From assembly GCA_047967505.1 (NCBI GenBank), contig CM106538.1: a DNA stretch of 64,000 nucleotides; one strand, given 5' to 3'. The notes under the pieces are model-generated. The model saw only the letters and a list, made by a program, of their open reading frames with translations. It was not told where the DNA came from and ran no database searches. Below, piece by piece: positions 49,401-61,834 of this stretch (positions within the stretch are counted from its first letter, which is position 1; each line of letters opens with the position of its first letter). The DNA is from Dipteris shenzhenensis. Its lineage: Eukaryota. The position numbers and the translations under genes were made by a program.

Positions 49401-51180
49401 GCTTTCTCCCTCTCAAAGGAATTGGCCAACTCATGAATTGGAGTTGTATGCTGTTATCCATGCTTTGAAAACATGGAGGCATTATCTGTATGGTTCAGAG
49501 TTTTATGTGGATGTGGATCATGATACTCTGAAACATTTCTGTAAACAGCCTGACTTGAGGGGCCGCCAAGCTAGGTGGGCAGAGCTCATGCAGGAGTTTA
49601 ATATAACGATTCGGTACCGAAGAGGAAAAGACAATAAGGTAGCTGATGCGTTGTCTCGCATTATGCACAACCTGAGTTTCACGATATTAGAGAGTGCTCT
49701 AATGACCGAGATCAGAGAAACTCAGAAGGTGGACGAGTTTGTCCAGAGCTTATGGCCTAAGGCTCAAGTGTTAAAACCCGGGGAAAATGAAAGGGATGAC
49801 CTGGCATCCAGAAAAGGCCAAACTTATGCAAGATATGCCATAAGGGATGGTATGCTAGTTAGAAATGGCAAGGTTGTAGTACCTGGTCAGAATGATCTCA
49901 GGCAGAGAGTCATTCGACAATGCCATGATAGCCCGTGTGCGAGACATCCAGGGGTCGAGAAGACATATGATCTCGTGAGGCGAGATTTCTTTTGGCCAAA
50001 GATGAAAAAGCATATTCATGAATATGTGACACGGTGTTTCTCGTGTCAGGTAAGTAAGGCCGAACGGGTGAAACCACCCGGACTTTTACAGCCCTTGGAA
50101 ATACCACTAAGTAAGTGGGAGAGCATTTCCATGGATTTTATTGTAGGGCTACCTGCAACACAAGGAGGATATAATTCTATCCTTGTGGTGGTTGATCGTC
50201 TAACCAAGATGGCTCACTTCATTCCGACTAGAGAGTCTGTTAGTGCCCCGCAAGTAGCAGATTTATTTATTAGACATATATTTCGTCTGCATGGATTGCC
50301 TAGATCCATAGTGTCAGACAGAGATGTCAGGTTTACCGGTCACTTTTGGACAGCGGTATTTGAGACACTAAGGACTGAGTTGGGAATGAGTAGTGGGGAT
50401 CATCCTGAGACGGATGGTCAGACGGAGAGAGTCAACCAGACTTTAGAGGATATGCTGAGGGCATATGTGTCATTAAGGCAACATACATGGGACAAGTGGT
50501 TACCATTGTTGGAGTTTGCCTACAATGATAGGAAACATTCATCTACTGGGTTCAGTCCGTTTGAGCTGAACTATGGTTATAGACCGGCCAATCCGACTAT
50601 AGTTGGAGTACCTCAGAAAGTGCCTAGTGCCGCGAACTTTGTAGTTCAGATGCGGGAGATGCTAGCACTTGCGAGAGCTAATATCCGCCAGGCTATGGAT
50701 AGAGCCAAGGTGTATGCGGATGAAAATCGGTCTATAAGAGTATTTGAAGAAGGAGAAAAAGTTTTTCTCAGAATTCCTTCGCACTCGAAGTCGTTGACTT
50801 CAGGAGAGTGTGCTAAGTTATCACCTCGATACTGTGGGCCGTGGTCAATTCTAAAGAGAATAGGCAGTGTAGCCTATAAATTAGAATTGCCACAGGGGTG
50901 TAAGGTGCACCCGGTTTTTCATGTTTCACGTTTAAAGAAATTTTTACATACTAGTGACTCACTAATCGAAGGTGTGGTTTTGTTTCAGGAGATAGAGGAT
51001 ATTGCAAGGCGCAAACCAACAAGAATCCTGGACCGAGGAACAATGCAAATACGAAATCGGAAGATACCCACGGTGTTGGTTGCATGGCATGGTCAGCCTC
51101 TATCCGAAGCTACCTGGGAATCCGTATATCAGTTGCGGAGAGTGTTCCCAAACTTTATCATCGAGGACGCTGATGTCTGA
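46485..51180 (+). CDS. gag-pol polyprotein (Gag, PR, RT, RNase H, IN, chromodomain) with one frameshift at ~49117
   Basis: Retrotrans_gag-like region, CFGCLQPHQWRDC, LFDSAS, LCIDYRALN, MPFGLTNAP, FIDD, ETDASG, HHCC, SMDF/SDRD/GQTER, GPW, VLVAWHGQPLSEATWE. One extra T (GCG TTT GCG vs GCG TTG CGA) breaks PQSLTALRSFLG. Confidence 0.95.
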
Positions 51181-51192
51181 AGAGGGAAGGAA

Positions 51193-51654
51193 TGTTACGC
51201 TCTAGCCGAGGTAGCATGACCTCGGAAGAATCAGTCGACATTTCCCTTATAGGATCTATCTTTGTAATATATGTGTTTGCGCTTTATGTAAATGATCGGG
51301 AGGGATTTAATGTCAAGGTCCTAGGTGAGGGCTGATAGCACCAGACTAGATAGATCTGAGACCAAGGGCCTAGTGCTAAGATTGTGCCTAGGGGCAAGGA
51401 ATTGAATGCATCCCAAGAGAGGGGTGAAATGTTGCATTAGGAAGGCCCTATATGGATGACATGTGGCATCTAGATCTATCTAGGGATTTGGGGTTTGCTA
51501 AGGCTAGTGAGAGAAGAGAAGGAATGGATTTATGTGAATTTCAACGTAGATCTCTGCCTTGCTTTGTGCCTTAGCAGAATAGGCTGGGAGGAGAATCATG
51601 GTGCTACTCCCGTGATCTGCAGTAGAGGCTAGTATAGAGAATAGTTGGTTGACA
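51193..51654 (+). repeat. 3' LTR (462 bp, TG...CA)
   Basis: Preceded by PPT AGAGGGAAGGAA. Confidence 0.97.
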
Positions 51655-52736
51655 AGACCTATGCTCACAGAAGATTCTATCCATCATCCGATTAGAAGTG
51701 GCAGGAGCATTCGTAAGCCCAAATGGCATAACCAAGAACTCATACAACCAAAGCTGGTCCTGAAGGATGCCTTAGACACATCCTCTGGATGAATGCATAT
51801 CTAGTGATACCCACTCTTAAGATCTATGCCACTGAAGATGGCTGACCCCTCCAATCTATACAAGATATCATCTATTCTTGGAATAGGAAATCTGTCTTTT
51901 ATGGTTATCTTGTTCAGTGCACGAGAATCAATACACATTCTCCAAGAACCATCATTCTTTTGCACTAACAAAATTGTTGAATAGTAAGGGGAAGAACTGA
52001 ATCAGCCCCTTCTCTAAAAGATCCTTCGCCTAGCTCATGATTTCTTCAAACTGAGCTGCCCTCACCTATAAGGTCCCCTCTTTGGTCGACTACTACCTAG
52101 CACTATATCAATTGCATGATGCTCTAGTCCTCTCAAGTGAACGTTCACCTGGCAATGAGTCAGAAACACACTCTCCAAACTTATTAGGAAAATATGTCCA
52201 CTCTTTATCTAGCTTAGAGATTACAAATTGTGGATCGTCAAACTTAGTATCCCTTGTAAAAAATAAATACGCAGAAACATGATGTTTCATTACTGAGGAT
52301 ATAGCTGAAGCAGATACAACAGGGACCGACTCTCCCTTAAGTTTGACATCCAATACATGTTTCTTTCCTCTATGCTCGAGGGAAATTTTCCGATTGTAAG
52401 TATCCACCAAAGCATGATCTTTGTGACACCAAGGCATACCCAGCAAAACATCACAGCCCTCAAGAGGCATTATATTAAATTCCTCGTTGTCTACAAAGCT
52501 CTATATGTGCAAGCGAAGCTTTCCAATGATAAGGGTAACCAGCGTGCTAAACCCAAGACAACACAGATTCCAAGTTTGTATGTCAATTCTTGAGAGATAA
52601 AATTTGCATGAGTCCCTGGGTCAAAGAAGATTAATGTCATCTGATCTCTCGCTTTGCCCCATGCCCTACAAAGCTCTGTAGCATCGCCATTGGGCTGCTC
52701 ACTGATAACATGTAACATGCAACGGTAATTTGATCA

Positions 52737-55700
52737 TGTAATCACAGTAAGACCTTCTTTAAACCTTTAGCGAGGAATTAGCGTTATGTACCATAAAGAG
52801 AGAAAGGAGATAAGGGTGAGAGAGAATGGAGTCTACAACTGATTGGATCCTTGTACCCACTGAGGGCCCCCCAATAAGGGGAGAATTTGCTTTATACTTG
52901 GAGAACTGAGAAATACAAATAACACTCTTCGAGCGAGCACGGAAATGCGCTTTTGAAGAGTACATTGTGCACATGTATCGCAGACCCAAAGACCTGAGAG
53001 GCAACGCCGACCAATACCGAGACCTTGATGCTGTCCACATTGACAATGTAGAGCACAAGGCAAGAAAGAAGCTTGTGCTGTCCACCGGAATGCAAGGTTA
53101 CTCCATGAGTGAGAGAGTGAAAGCTAGGAGTAATAGAATCTAATATAGAGCTGCGAAGTGAGTTGTGCAAACTGTAAAAGATAACTGAAAAGAGCTGCTG
53201 AAACAGTACCCAAACCTTGCTCTGTTTGCTGGTCCAACAGCTTGCTGACGGGCTGCATGTACTTCTCCCACGGATGGCTGAACTGATGGCCAAGGGACCG
53301 AGGCTGATCAGGTCCAAAATAGAAGGCACAGAGGCTGCTCTGAGGGGCTGAGGACTGGCTGAAGGAGTGCTGAAGGCTGGAGGTTACTAAGTGAGGAAGA
53401 GAGGGCAGCAAGGGCCTATTTGTAGGGCTGGAAATGAGCCAACCAGCCCCAAAACTGGCCGACTTGTTGGCTGTTTTAGGCTGCTGGTTGGGCTCATTTG
53501 CCCCATAAAAGGCCCCATTGGGTGGGGGCAAGGCAGCCCATTCCCCTTCACATGTTCCAGCCTTGAGGGACCCTAGCAGGGCTCCTATCCTAGGTTGGAC
53601 CTAGACCTATCACTAATCCTAAGATGGAAACACTAACCTATTGTTCCCCAATGGATACCAGTGAACGAGGCTAAGAGACTGACTTACGTAGCTTGTGCAT
53701 GATTGTCCTTGGGAAAAGGCTCACAAAGGGGTCGAAAATATTTGGGACCTATTACACACTTGTTGATGTAGCCAGTGTGTCACATTGCACCCAAGTGCAG
53801 GGGTGCATGTGACATTCCCTCCTTAACTTGGCGGTAGGTTCATTGCTTCCAAGTAGTTCGCCAAAATTTGTGGGAACTCCTGAAAAAAATCTTCGCCCAA
53901 CCACATTGCTTCATGGGTACCTCCATCACAAAACTTAGTGTAAAACTCTTGGATCCTGCGTCCTGACCCATGCTTGAATTTATGAAGAAGGATCTGCTCT
54001 CGCTGCAAAACTTCGGCTTCATCAAGAACTTCAGATTGCTGCTCGTCGAAAATCTCGGTAAGAGGAGGTCCAAAGTACGGCTTCAACCAAGCTACATGGA
54101 ACACATTGTACATAGTCCAACTGTCCGGAAGGCATAATTTCATTGACACATCATTGATCTTTTAAATGATAGGGAATGATCCAAAGCTCCTGAAAGACAG
54201 CTTAGGGCATCGCTTGTCCACCTGCTTCAATCTCTCCTTGATAATTCGTAAGTATACCCATTGACTCTCTTTATACTAGACATCTCGTCTGGATTTGGCG
54301 ATGCGGGTTTTCATCGACTCCGTAATCTCTGCCATTTATTCGGTGGTTTTGTTGGCTTCGAGAGATGGAGACACCATCCGGGTGACGAGTGATGTAAACC
54401 GCTATCCAAACGCCGCTTGACAAGGTGTGTGACCAATGCTTGAGGAAGAGGTATCGTTCAAAATGGCCTTCACAAGCGGAAGCAACCCTCCAATGGGATA
54501 CCAATACTTTATGAAGAAACGAGCTACATCTTCAACGCTGGCCATCTGTTTGCAAGGAATAAGCATACAATATTTACTAAAGCGACAAACAATAGCAAGA
54601 TATTGAGTGTTACGCGTACCTAAGGATGCTGGAAGTGGTCCCACTAAGTCCATACCTATGTTCTGGAAAGAACCGTTGGGTATTGGCAATGGCGTAAGTA
54701 AGCCAACCACTTTCTTGTGGGAAGCCTTGGCCTTTTGGCATATCTGACAATTCTGAACATAGCCGTATACATCATTCCGCATCTTTGGCCAATAAAAATA
54801 GCGCTCTAACTGGGGAATGAAAGTGGATAGTTGCAGGGCACCAAGAGAAGAGCATCCCCTTCTTTCGTTACACAGTCAAAAATGCCAGGAGATTCCAGCT
54901 CACTTGTAGGGGCTGGAGGCCCTCTAGAGCTCCTCATTGGGATTCTTTTCAGATTTCTGCAAAGATGCAGAAAAACTTTTAGAGGAGGCTTTGGAAATCC
55001 CTCAGGAATAGGAAAATCATGTTATTCATCTAGCTTACTATTCATGGAGGGATTGCAGTGAACCTGTGGAGATCCAGGTTCGGGGTTAACCCTACATGTC
55101 CTCGATGCCACTCAACAGTTGAGTCAATGCAGCGCTGCCTTTGAGAGTGCACTCAGGCGAGGACGGTTTGGAAGGGTGTTGCTAGGATACTTTGCAATTT
55201 TCATAGAGCACCCTTCTTCATGACTTGGGGATCAGTTGTTGGTTGTCACTCACTGGTCCACAGGCTTTCTTTGAGGGACATGACACGGACACATCTTTCT
55301 TTGTTCGACGACATCTTGTGGAGTCATGCTCCCTCCGGGATGTTCCGTTTCCTCCATTCAGAGCTTCCCACGCTTCTGTAGACACATCTTGGGAGATTCT
55401 GGCTAGTATGACAGCATGGCATATTTGGAGAGCCAGATGTACAAAGGCTTTGGAGGACTCCCAAGTTCACCCTTCTCAGACTATGGCCAGGTGGGCAGAT
55501 ACTATACACACTTTGATGGCCATTTGAGCGAACATACAAAGAACCTCCAAGACTGCTACTGCTAGGACGGTTGCTTTTCTCAGAGTCTGGAAGGATTGTC
55601 CTTTCTTCTCTGACTCTTCTTCAGGGATGAGGTGGCATTTTCAGCTGCCACCCGAGATTTTTGTTTGCTCATTCCAAGCTGTTTTTTCTCATGCATGACA

Positions 55701-57174
55701 TGATGTACTCCCGCACTTGAGCTTGCTCTGCAGTTTTTATTCATACTTAATGAAGTACTTTTCTTGAAAAAAAAAAAAGAAATAGCGCTCTTACTTCTCC
55801 AAAGTACCATTGATACCCCTTTGACCACCGGTGAGGGCGTCATGGGCATCATGAAGAAGTAACTACCATTTGTCGTTTAGTATATATAATCTTTTCTTCT
55901 TATAGAAAAGCCAACCGTCCTCTATTGAGTGATGGCCTGGAGCAAGAGTCGTGGCTAACTGGAACTATGTGCCAAACTCTTTTGAATCCGCGTACTGTGC
56001 CTTCATACTATCAAGATCCTTTCCTTGGATTTTAAGCACAGTGGCCTACTCAATGGTCTAGATTGAGCCTTTCTGAATGAGAGCATCGGCAACGGGTTTT
56101 TTTTTTCGGCCGAAGACGTACTCGATCATTCCCCCAAACTGCTGGAATATCTGACTCCACCGTTATTGCCATCACTCCATTGTGAACTAGGCATTATCTA
56201 AAGCCACTTAAGGGCTTGGTGATCTGTCTTGATCGTGAAAATCCATCCGTAGAGAAAAGGCTTCCAATGTTTTAATGCCTGGATGACACCAAGTAGCTCT
56301 CTATCATAAACTGAATAGTTCTTTTCGGCAACGTTAAGCTTTCTGCTATGATATGCCACGTGCCTATCCTCTTGTTGTGAAACTGCCCTAATGGCAACAT
56401 TGCTAGCGTTTGTGATTACCAGAAATCGATCCGTCCCAAGAGACGATCTTCATAACTGGTGGTGTTGTGGCCAGCCGTTGCAAGTCATGGAAGGCCTACA
56501 AAGCTTTGCCTGTAACCTGAATTTTGTGTCTGCGTGTCTTTACCCCCTTGAGTAAATCTGTAAGAGGGACTGTGTATGTCAAGAAATCATCCATATGCGA
56601 GCTGTAGGCTTGACACAAACCCACAAAGGATGGTATCTCTTGAGCCGTTGTGGAGACAATCCAACTGGTGATAGCTTGAATCTTCTCTCGATCTAATCGG
56701 AATCCCTTGAGCAATGATGATGTATCCCAGATACTTAATTTCCAACAACCCAAACTCCCTTTTTTTAGGTATAACTGGTTCCCGCGCAATAACTATAGGG
56801 CACACCGCGCATCCTTAATATGTTGCTTTGCTATAGTTGAAAAGATAAGGATATCATCGAGAAAGATGAACATGCACTTCCCAATATAATCTGTAAATAC
56901 CCGAGACATCATCTTGTTGAACGTCGGTGGTGCATTCTTCAAACCAAATGGCATAACGATGAACTCGTAATGAGCTCGCTCTGTCCGAAAAGCCGTCTTT
57001 GGGATGTCAGCTTCAAAAATCCGAACTTGGTGGTAGCCACTCTTGAGATCGACTCTTGAGATCGATTTTTGAGAAAAAAATTACACCATTGAGTCTTTCC
57101 AAGATATACTCAATGTGGGACATAGAGAACTTGTTTCTTAGTGTAATCTTGTCGAGTACTCTGTAGTGTACACA
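52737..57174 (-). mobile_element. Third Ty3/gypsy chromovirus, decayed: 3' LTR 52737-53814, chromodomain, IN, RNase H, RT; gag/PR deleted
   Basis: PPT AAGGAGGGAA + TGTCACA at 53814; YNVFHVAWLKPY; CQICQ...GMDLVGPLP; MPFGLKNAP, FLDD. A related LTR piece recurs in the same orientation at 59393-59712. Confidence 0.88.
54808..55779 (+). mobile_element. 5'-truncated family A-related LINE with 12-bp TSD, inside a gypsy integrase
   Basis: TSD AAATAGCGCTCT at 54796-54807 and 55780-55791; poly(A); the host frame (ERYFYWPKMR) rejoins across it. Confidence 0.93.
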
Positions 57175-59392
57175 TGTTGAGGGATGGGTCTTTCACCCTT
57201 GGAGATATCTCATACCCATCAACATTTGCCATAGACGAGCCTCTTGGGTCCATTGCCCGAAGGATTTGTCTATCCCCCACAGTTGGTTATCTTGGGGTCT
57301 CCACCCAAGGGGACACCCCAGATGCAACAGATAGATGTGAGGGGTCTTCCACCCATTAGGCCTCTTTCGGTCAGTTCCTATGGGGCTTCCGCCCTTGCAA
57401 CTCAATTGGCCACATCCGTTTTAGTCGGAATGACTCACATTTCACCTTCTCATTAGGAGTGTTCAAGACTAGGGGGCTTAGTTTCCAGTCCCACTGGCCG
57501 TGATGCTCAACAGGAGAGGACGTATCAGGAGTTTGCCAGACCAGTGTCAGGCCTCGCAGGAGGGAGTACCCTCATAATTGGAGTCGCAGGTATAGCTATC
57601 ACCAGTACGGAGGTTGATGATTCCTCAGCAGTTGGTGAGGATAGTCATGCAATTTCCTCCGCAGCTCCCCTTCCTCCGTACATTAGGGAAGCAGTAGTTA
57701 CAGTACCAGTCAACAAAGAGGTTGACGAGGCCTTCCCATTGTTGTGTCCTGCACTCCGAGAGGTTAGTCATACAGTGTCCTCTCCATCTGATAGCGAGCC
57801 ACCAGCAACAGCAGTGACTAGTGTCTACACCAACAGTTCCCTTGGTGATGACACCAGTTCAATCGATTCATCAGAGGTGCTCAACAACCTTGGTACTTCC
57901 TCAGTACCTCAGGGGGGCATGCTTAGTCCCAGTATCCAATCACGAAGAAGCTATGCCAGCCATCTCTCTTTTCTTTCGAGAGGCATACCAATCATTCATG
58001 GTAGACAAGGTGTTCTCAACAGTCCTAGACATCTCACAATTCTTTCAGGTAGCATCCCATTCACTTAGAGTCATTAGAGGGGTGCCAAGTAGCTCCTCCG
58101 TTCCTTCGCAGAGCATCCAATACAGAGTCTCCTCCTTGGAGAAATGTTCTACAGTGCCGAACGCCGCTCAGCTCCTTGAAAAGACAACCACAGTTCCATC
58201 TCTCTCGGAGTTTCTCAAAGAGACACCTACAGTTTCCACAGCTCCCGACATCACGCAAGTTCTTCGGGAGACATTTCCATCCATAGCTCCAAATTCCAAG
58301 AGGGTGGCAAAGTTTTTACCCTCACCAATTATCACGCCAGCAGAGGAGGCAGGTTCATTCCAGCTTTCCCTCACTGCAGTCATGCAGACAGCGGTACCAC
58401 ACTTTCCAGAAGTGCATGTGAGTATGCAAGAGTTCCCAAGTTTTCAGTTTTGGTTGCCTAGCTTCAATAGCTTTCTCATCACCCTAGCAATTCCTGGAGT
58501 AGCACTAGCATTTCTATGTCGGTGTATCTTCCACAGTGGGGACAATGCATGCCAAAAGTTGATAGCCAATTTCATGCCATTAGACTTCCGGAGTGCAGCG
58601 CCTCCACATCAGCAGCCCAATCAGTCATCGACAAGTCACGAGGACAGCAAGCAGTTCCTATGTCCAAGAGCCTATCAAAGTGCCATACCAACCAAGGATC
58701 AAGAGTTCGCAGTAGTAGCGTGGTGGGATGACCGGCCTCAACAGTTTGGCTTCCAGTCTTCACAACAGTACCGGTTCTCAAGAGTTTTTATTGAGCCGCC
58801 GTGTTATTATAACACAACATTCGTTCCTCGGCCTTTTGGAGCAGTACCAGATCAGTCCCAGTGCCAAACTGTTATTCCTCAGTTCTTCGGGAGGACAACC
58901 AAGTTTCGAGCAGCAGTTGGTGGTCCGCACGATCACATTTTCTTCGCAGATTTGCTCAGTCTCTCAGCAGCTATCATCATCCAGAATTGAAGCAGGAGGG
59001 AATGTCACATGCACCCCTACACTAGGGAGCATGGTGACACAGTTCAGGACTCCGCTGGCCCAAGGTTGGGTGGTTCCCAGCCCTATATAGGGGCCTTCAG
59101 CCCTCCTTCTCACTCACTCATCTTCCCCAGTTCAAGACTCAGCTCCCAACCTCCAACATCGCTTCCAGCCAGCATAGGTGCGAGGTTTGGGTATCCTATT
59201 TCCACAACATAGTTTCATCTCCCGTATGTCTTAGTTAGGGGAGTGGTCTCAGCACAGTTTTATATGCCGATTTGGCAACCATGTATAAATACAACAGTGT
59301 ACTATAGTTAGGTAAATCTCATGTGTCTCTCATGCTTGAGTTAGCCTTTTATCTTCATCCATTTTCTGCGCAGCAAGTCTCTGCATGTTACA
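57175..59392 (+). mobile_element. 3' part of an LTR element with an unrecognised ORF, PPT and 390-bp LTR (59003-59392)
   Basis: GCAGGAGGGAA + TGTCACATGCACCCC...TATATA...TGTTACA. The host gypsy LTR sequence resumes at 59393. Confidence 0.7.
57821..58990 (+). CDS. Hypothetical Ser/Thr/Pro-rich protein with one hydrophobic stretch, ending immediately before the PPT
   Basis: 389 open codons; start uncertain (may extend upstream by frameshift); no domain recognised. Confidence 0.4.
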   Translation: MSTPTVPLVMTPVQSIHQRCSTTLVLPQYLRGACLVPVSNHEEAMPAISLFFREAYQSFMVDKVFSTVLDISQFFQVASHSLRVIRGVPSSSSVPSQSIQYRVSSLEKCSTVPNAAQLLEKTTTVPSLSEFLKETPTVSTAPDITQVLRETFPSIAPNSKRVAKFLPSPIITPAEEAGSFQLSLTAVMQTAVPHFPEVHVSMQEFPSFQFWLPSFNSFLITLAIPGVALAFLCRCIFHSGDNACQKLIANFMPLDFRSAAPPHQQPNQSSTSHEDSKQFLCPRAYQSAIPTKDQEFAVVAWWDDRPQQFGFQSSQQYRFSRVFIEPPCYYNTTFVPRPFGAVPDQSQCQTVIPQFFGRTTKFRAAVGGPHDHIFFADLLSLSAAIIIQN

Positions 59393-59712
59393 AATGCGCT
59401 TCTAAAGAGTACATTGTGCACACGTATTGCAAACCCAAAGACCTGAGAGGCAACGCCGACCAATACCGAGACCTTGATGCTGTCCACACTGACAATGTAG
59501 GGCACTTTTGCAAGGCAAGAAAGAGGCTTGTGCTGTCCACCGGAATGCAAGGTTACTACGTGAGTAAGAGAGTGAAAGCTAGGAGTAATAGATTCTAAAG
59601 AGAGCTAAGAGTGACTGAAATATAGAGCTGAGAAGTGAGCTGTGCAAACTGTAAAAGATAACTGAAAAGAGCTGCTGAAACAGTACCCAAACCTTGCTCC
59701 ATTTGCTGGTCC
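59393..59712 (-). repeat. LTR fragment homologous to ~52944-53235 (probable 5' LTR remnant of the third gypsy)
   Basis: Shared GAGTACATTGTGCAC...GACCTGAGAGGCAACGCCGACCAATACCGAGACC...CAGTACCCAAACCTTGCTC. Confidence 0.85.
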
Positions 59713-60660
59713 TGCCCAGGCCAAGCGTAAGAGTATGCAGATGAACATAGGGGTTATCTAGAATTTAAAGGAGGGGATTTCATGCATTTCCTCATCCACA
59801 AGGGATGTGCCTTGTTGAAGCTAAACACCAACTCCAAGCTATTATGGCCCCAACATTATCCGCAAGGTTGGGGAGTAGCTTCTCGGTTGGAGCTACCACC
59901 ACCTTCAAGGATCCATGATATGTTTCATGTGGGCTCCAAGTGTGCATGTTTTCTCTGAGCCACCACCTATTAATCAGGAGGGTCACCTTTAATCTCGGAG
60001 CTCATCATGGGCCTCAGAGGTCAAACACTTCAAAACAAGTTCTGCACATGGTATGGTATCATAAATAAATGCCTATGAGAACATACCCTGGCAACCACAG
60101 AGCATCAGGCACAAGCACCTCCATCTTGGCAAATTGATGGACAGCATCACCACTTGATAATAGATACCTGTCCAGGACAGCCAAAGTTGCCATTTTGTGG
60201 GCAACATTTCATGGGAAGGGATGGCCATGATAGATGGGAAATGAAGCTAGAGTAGGAGGGATTAGCTGTAGAAATGCTAGGGGTCTTTTAAAAAGAGGGC
60301 TACAACAGTGGTATGTGAACAAGACTATACAAGTAGCCTTAGTCCCATTGGACTCATGCTGATGTAACCCCTACGACTCTCCCTCGCAACCTTCTCTGAG
60401 TCTTAAAATGGGCAGTATACCAGGAAGGAGTAGCACTTATCAAAGAGTTCAAATCAAAACCAAAAGACTCTCAGTCTAAAATGATGTATGGCTAGCTATA
60501 TATAAGTGTGTGTGTTTTATCTAGGTTATCACGTAGGTACTTAATAGAAATGGAGCTGCCTCTGCACTCAAGGGAGCTGCCTTGTGCCCTCCCTAAGCTG
60601 ATGTACTAGATGGTTTCCATGTTGTCCCATAGACCTCTTGGTCTCCCGTGGACATTAATA

Positions 60661-60709
<49 letters not shown>

Positions 60710-61071
60710 TTCTCTCCCACACCTCTCGTAGTCCTCTCACCTCCCACCGCTCTCACAGCTTCAGCCCCCACAGCCCTTGCATCCCTCAACTAGTCATTGC
60801 CTCAGCCAAACTGGCCACCACCTAGGTTTACTCCTCGCCTAGATCTGCCTCAGCTGCCGTTTAGCCCATCAAAGGTTGCAGCCCTCAGCCCCTCTTTTCT
60901 CAACCCTAAGTTGGGCTGAACCCCCAGCCCAAGCTTAGGGGTTAGTTCAGCCAGGGGGGTATCTCAGAAATGGCCGGCATGGGACAGCCAGGTTCCAATT
61001 CGAAATCCCCTTCCCCTTGCTCAGCCTCTCCAACCAGTAGGCTTCTCTACTCCACAGTTGCAGCTGCTCCC

Positions 61072-61289
61072 ATGAAACCTAGGAAGTGTGAGCACGACTA
61101 ACCACGGGAACAGATCTGCTATCTCCGGCAAGAAGTTCGAGAGCTCACACTTCAAGTTGCAGTTCTGGACAGCAACAGGAAACAAGAAATTATTCAAGAA
61201 GCATTACATAGATGTGACCTGCACCACAGCTTGATTCTACAGTCAAAGATCTGTTCATAATGAAGTGTAGATACCTAATCTCTCTCTCT

Positions 61290-61339
<50 letters not shown>

Positions 61340-61834
61340 GAGACGCTACAAGAAGGAAGATATTGTAGAGGTCGACACAAAGGCAAGTAACACTGAAATC
61401 CAAGAAGAAATCAAAGAACATAAAGCTAGAAGTGAGAATGCATTGAAGATTATAAAAAGAGGGGGACTCCCTGAAGGATGGTACAAAGATGAAGACTCTT
61501 TTGCTGACACTTTAACACATATCAAGGAAGCCATGTCCAATATTGAATGGAAGGTTGATGAAGATAATGATGATGATGACGATGATGATGGAGCAACTAA
61601 TATACGGCACTCTAGAGGACATGCTATCATTATGCATAAATCACGAGACTTACGACTCAAGCTTCTTCGACAATCTTACAAGCTCAGGAACTCACACGAG
61701 CTCAATTGAAGAACAAGGCAATGGAATTAGCCAAGGTTATGGCTGCTAGGAAGGATGGAAAATGGGCAATATACTGTGAAGGAATAGCAATTATCAAAGA
61801 GTTTAAATCCAAACCAAAGGACTCTCAGTCTTAA
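61072..61834 (+). pseudogene. LINE ORF1-like protein (coiled coil + GLPE RRM-like + C-terminal domain), disrupted
   Basis: MKP...LRQEVRELTLQV...KARSENALKIIKRGGLPEG...LLRQSYKL...ELT...ARKDGKWAIY; interrupted by (CT)n(CA)n at 61279-61336. Confidence 0.65.

Larger units (their letters stand above)
44801..51654 (+). mobile_element. Young full-length Ty3/gypsy chromovirus with 5-bp TSD AGACC
   Basis: LTRs 44801-45262 and 51193-51654; TSD 44796-44800 and 51655-51659; PBS 45265-45276; PPT 51181-51192. Confidence 0.98.
39850..52736 (-). mobile_element. Old Ty3/gypsy (chromodomain-bearing) element, decayed, host to the 44801-51654 insertion
   Basis: Minus strand: protease (IFFDPGTHANF, DVLLGMPW), RT (MPFGLTNAPAT...FFDD, continuous across the insertion), RNase H (VAYESR, TDHQSL, DALSR), integrase, HNAFHVS. 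PPT AAGAGAGGGG then TGTCATG at 42157 starts the 3' LTR. Left LTR boundary is approximate; 5' end missing. Confidence 0.85.

Noticed and set aside
59713-60404. Possible PPT, tiny TGTAG...CTACA unit and PBS-like TGGTAT at 60250-60320
   Set aside because: PBS match is only 6 nt and there is no second LTR; the region is left unassigned.
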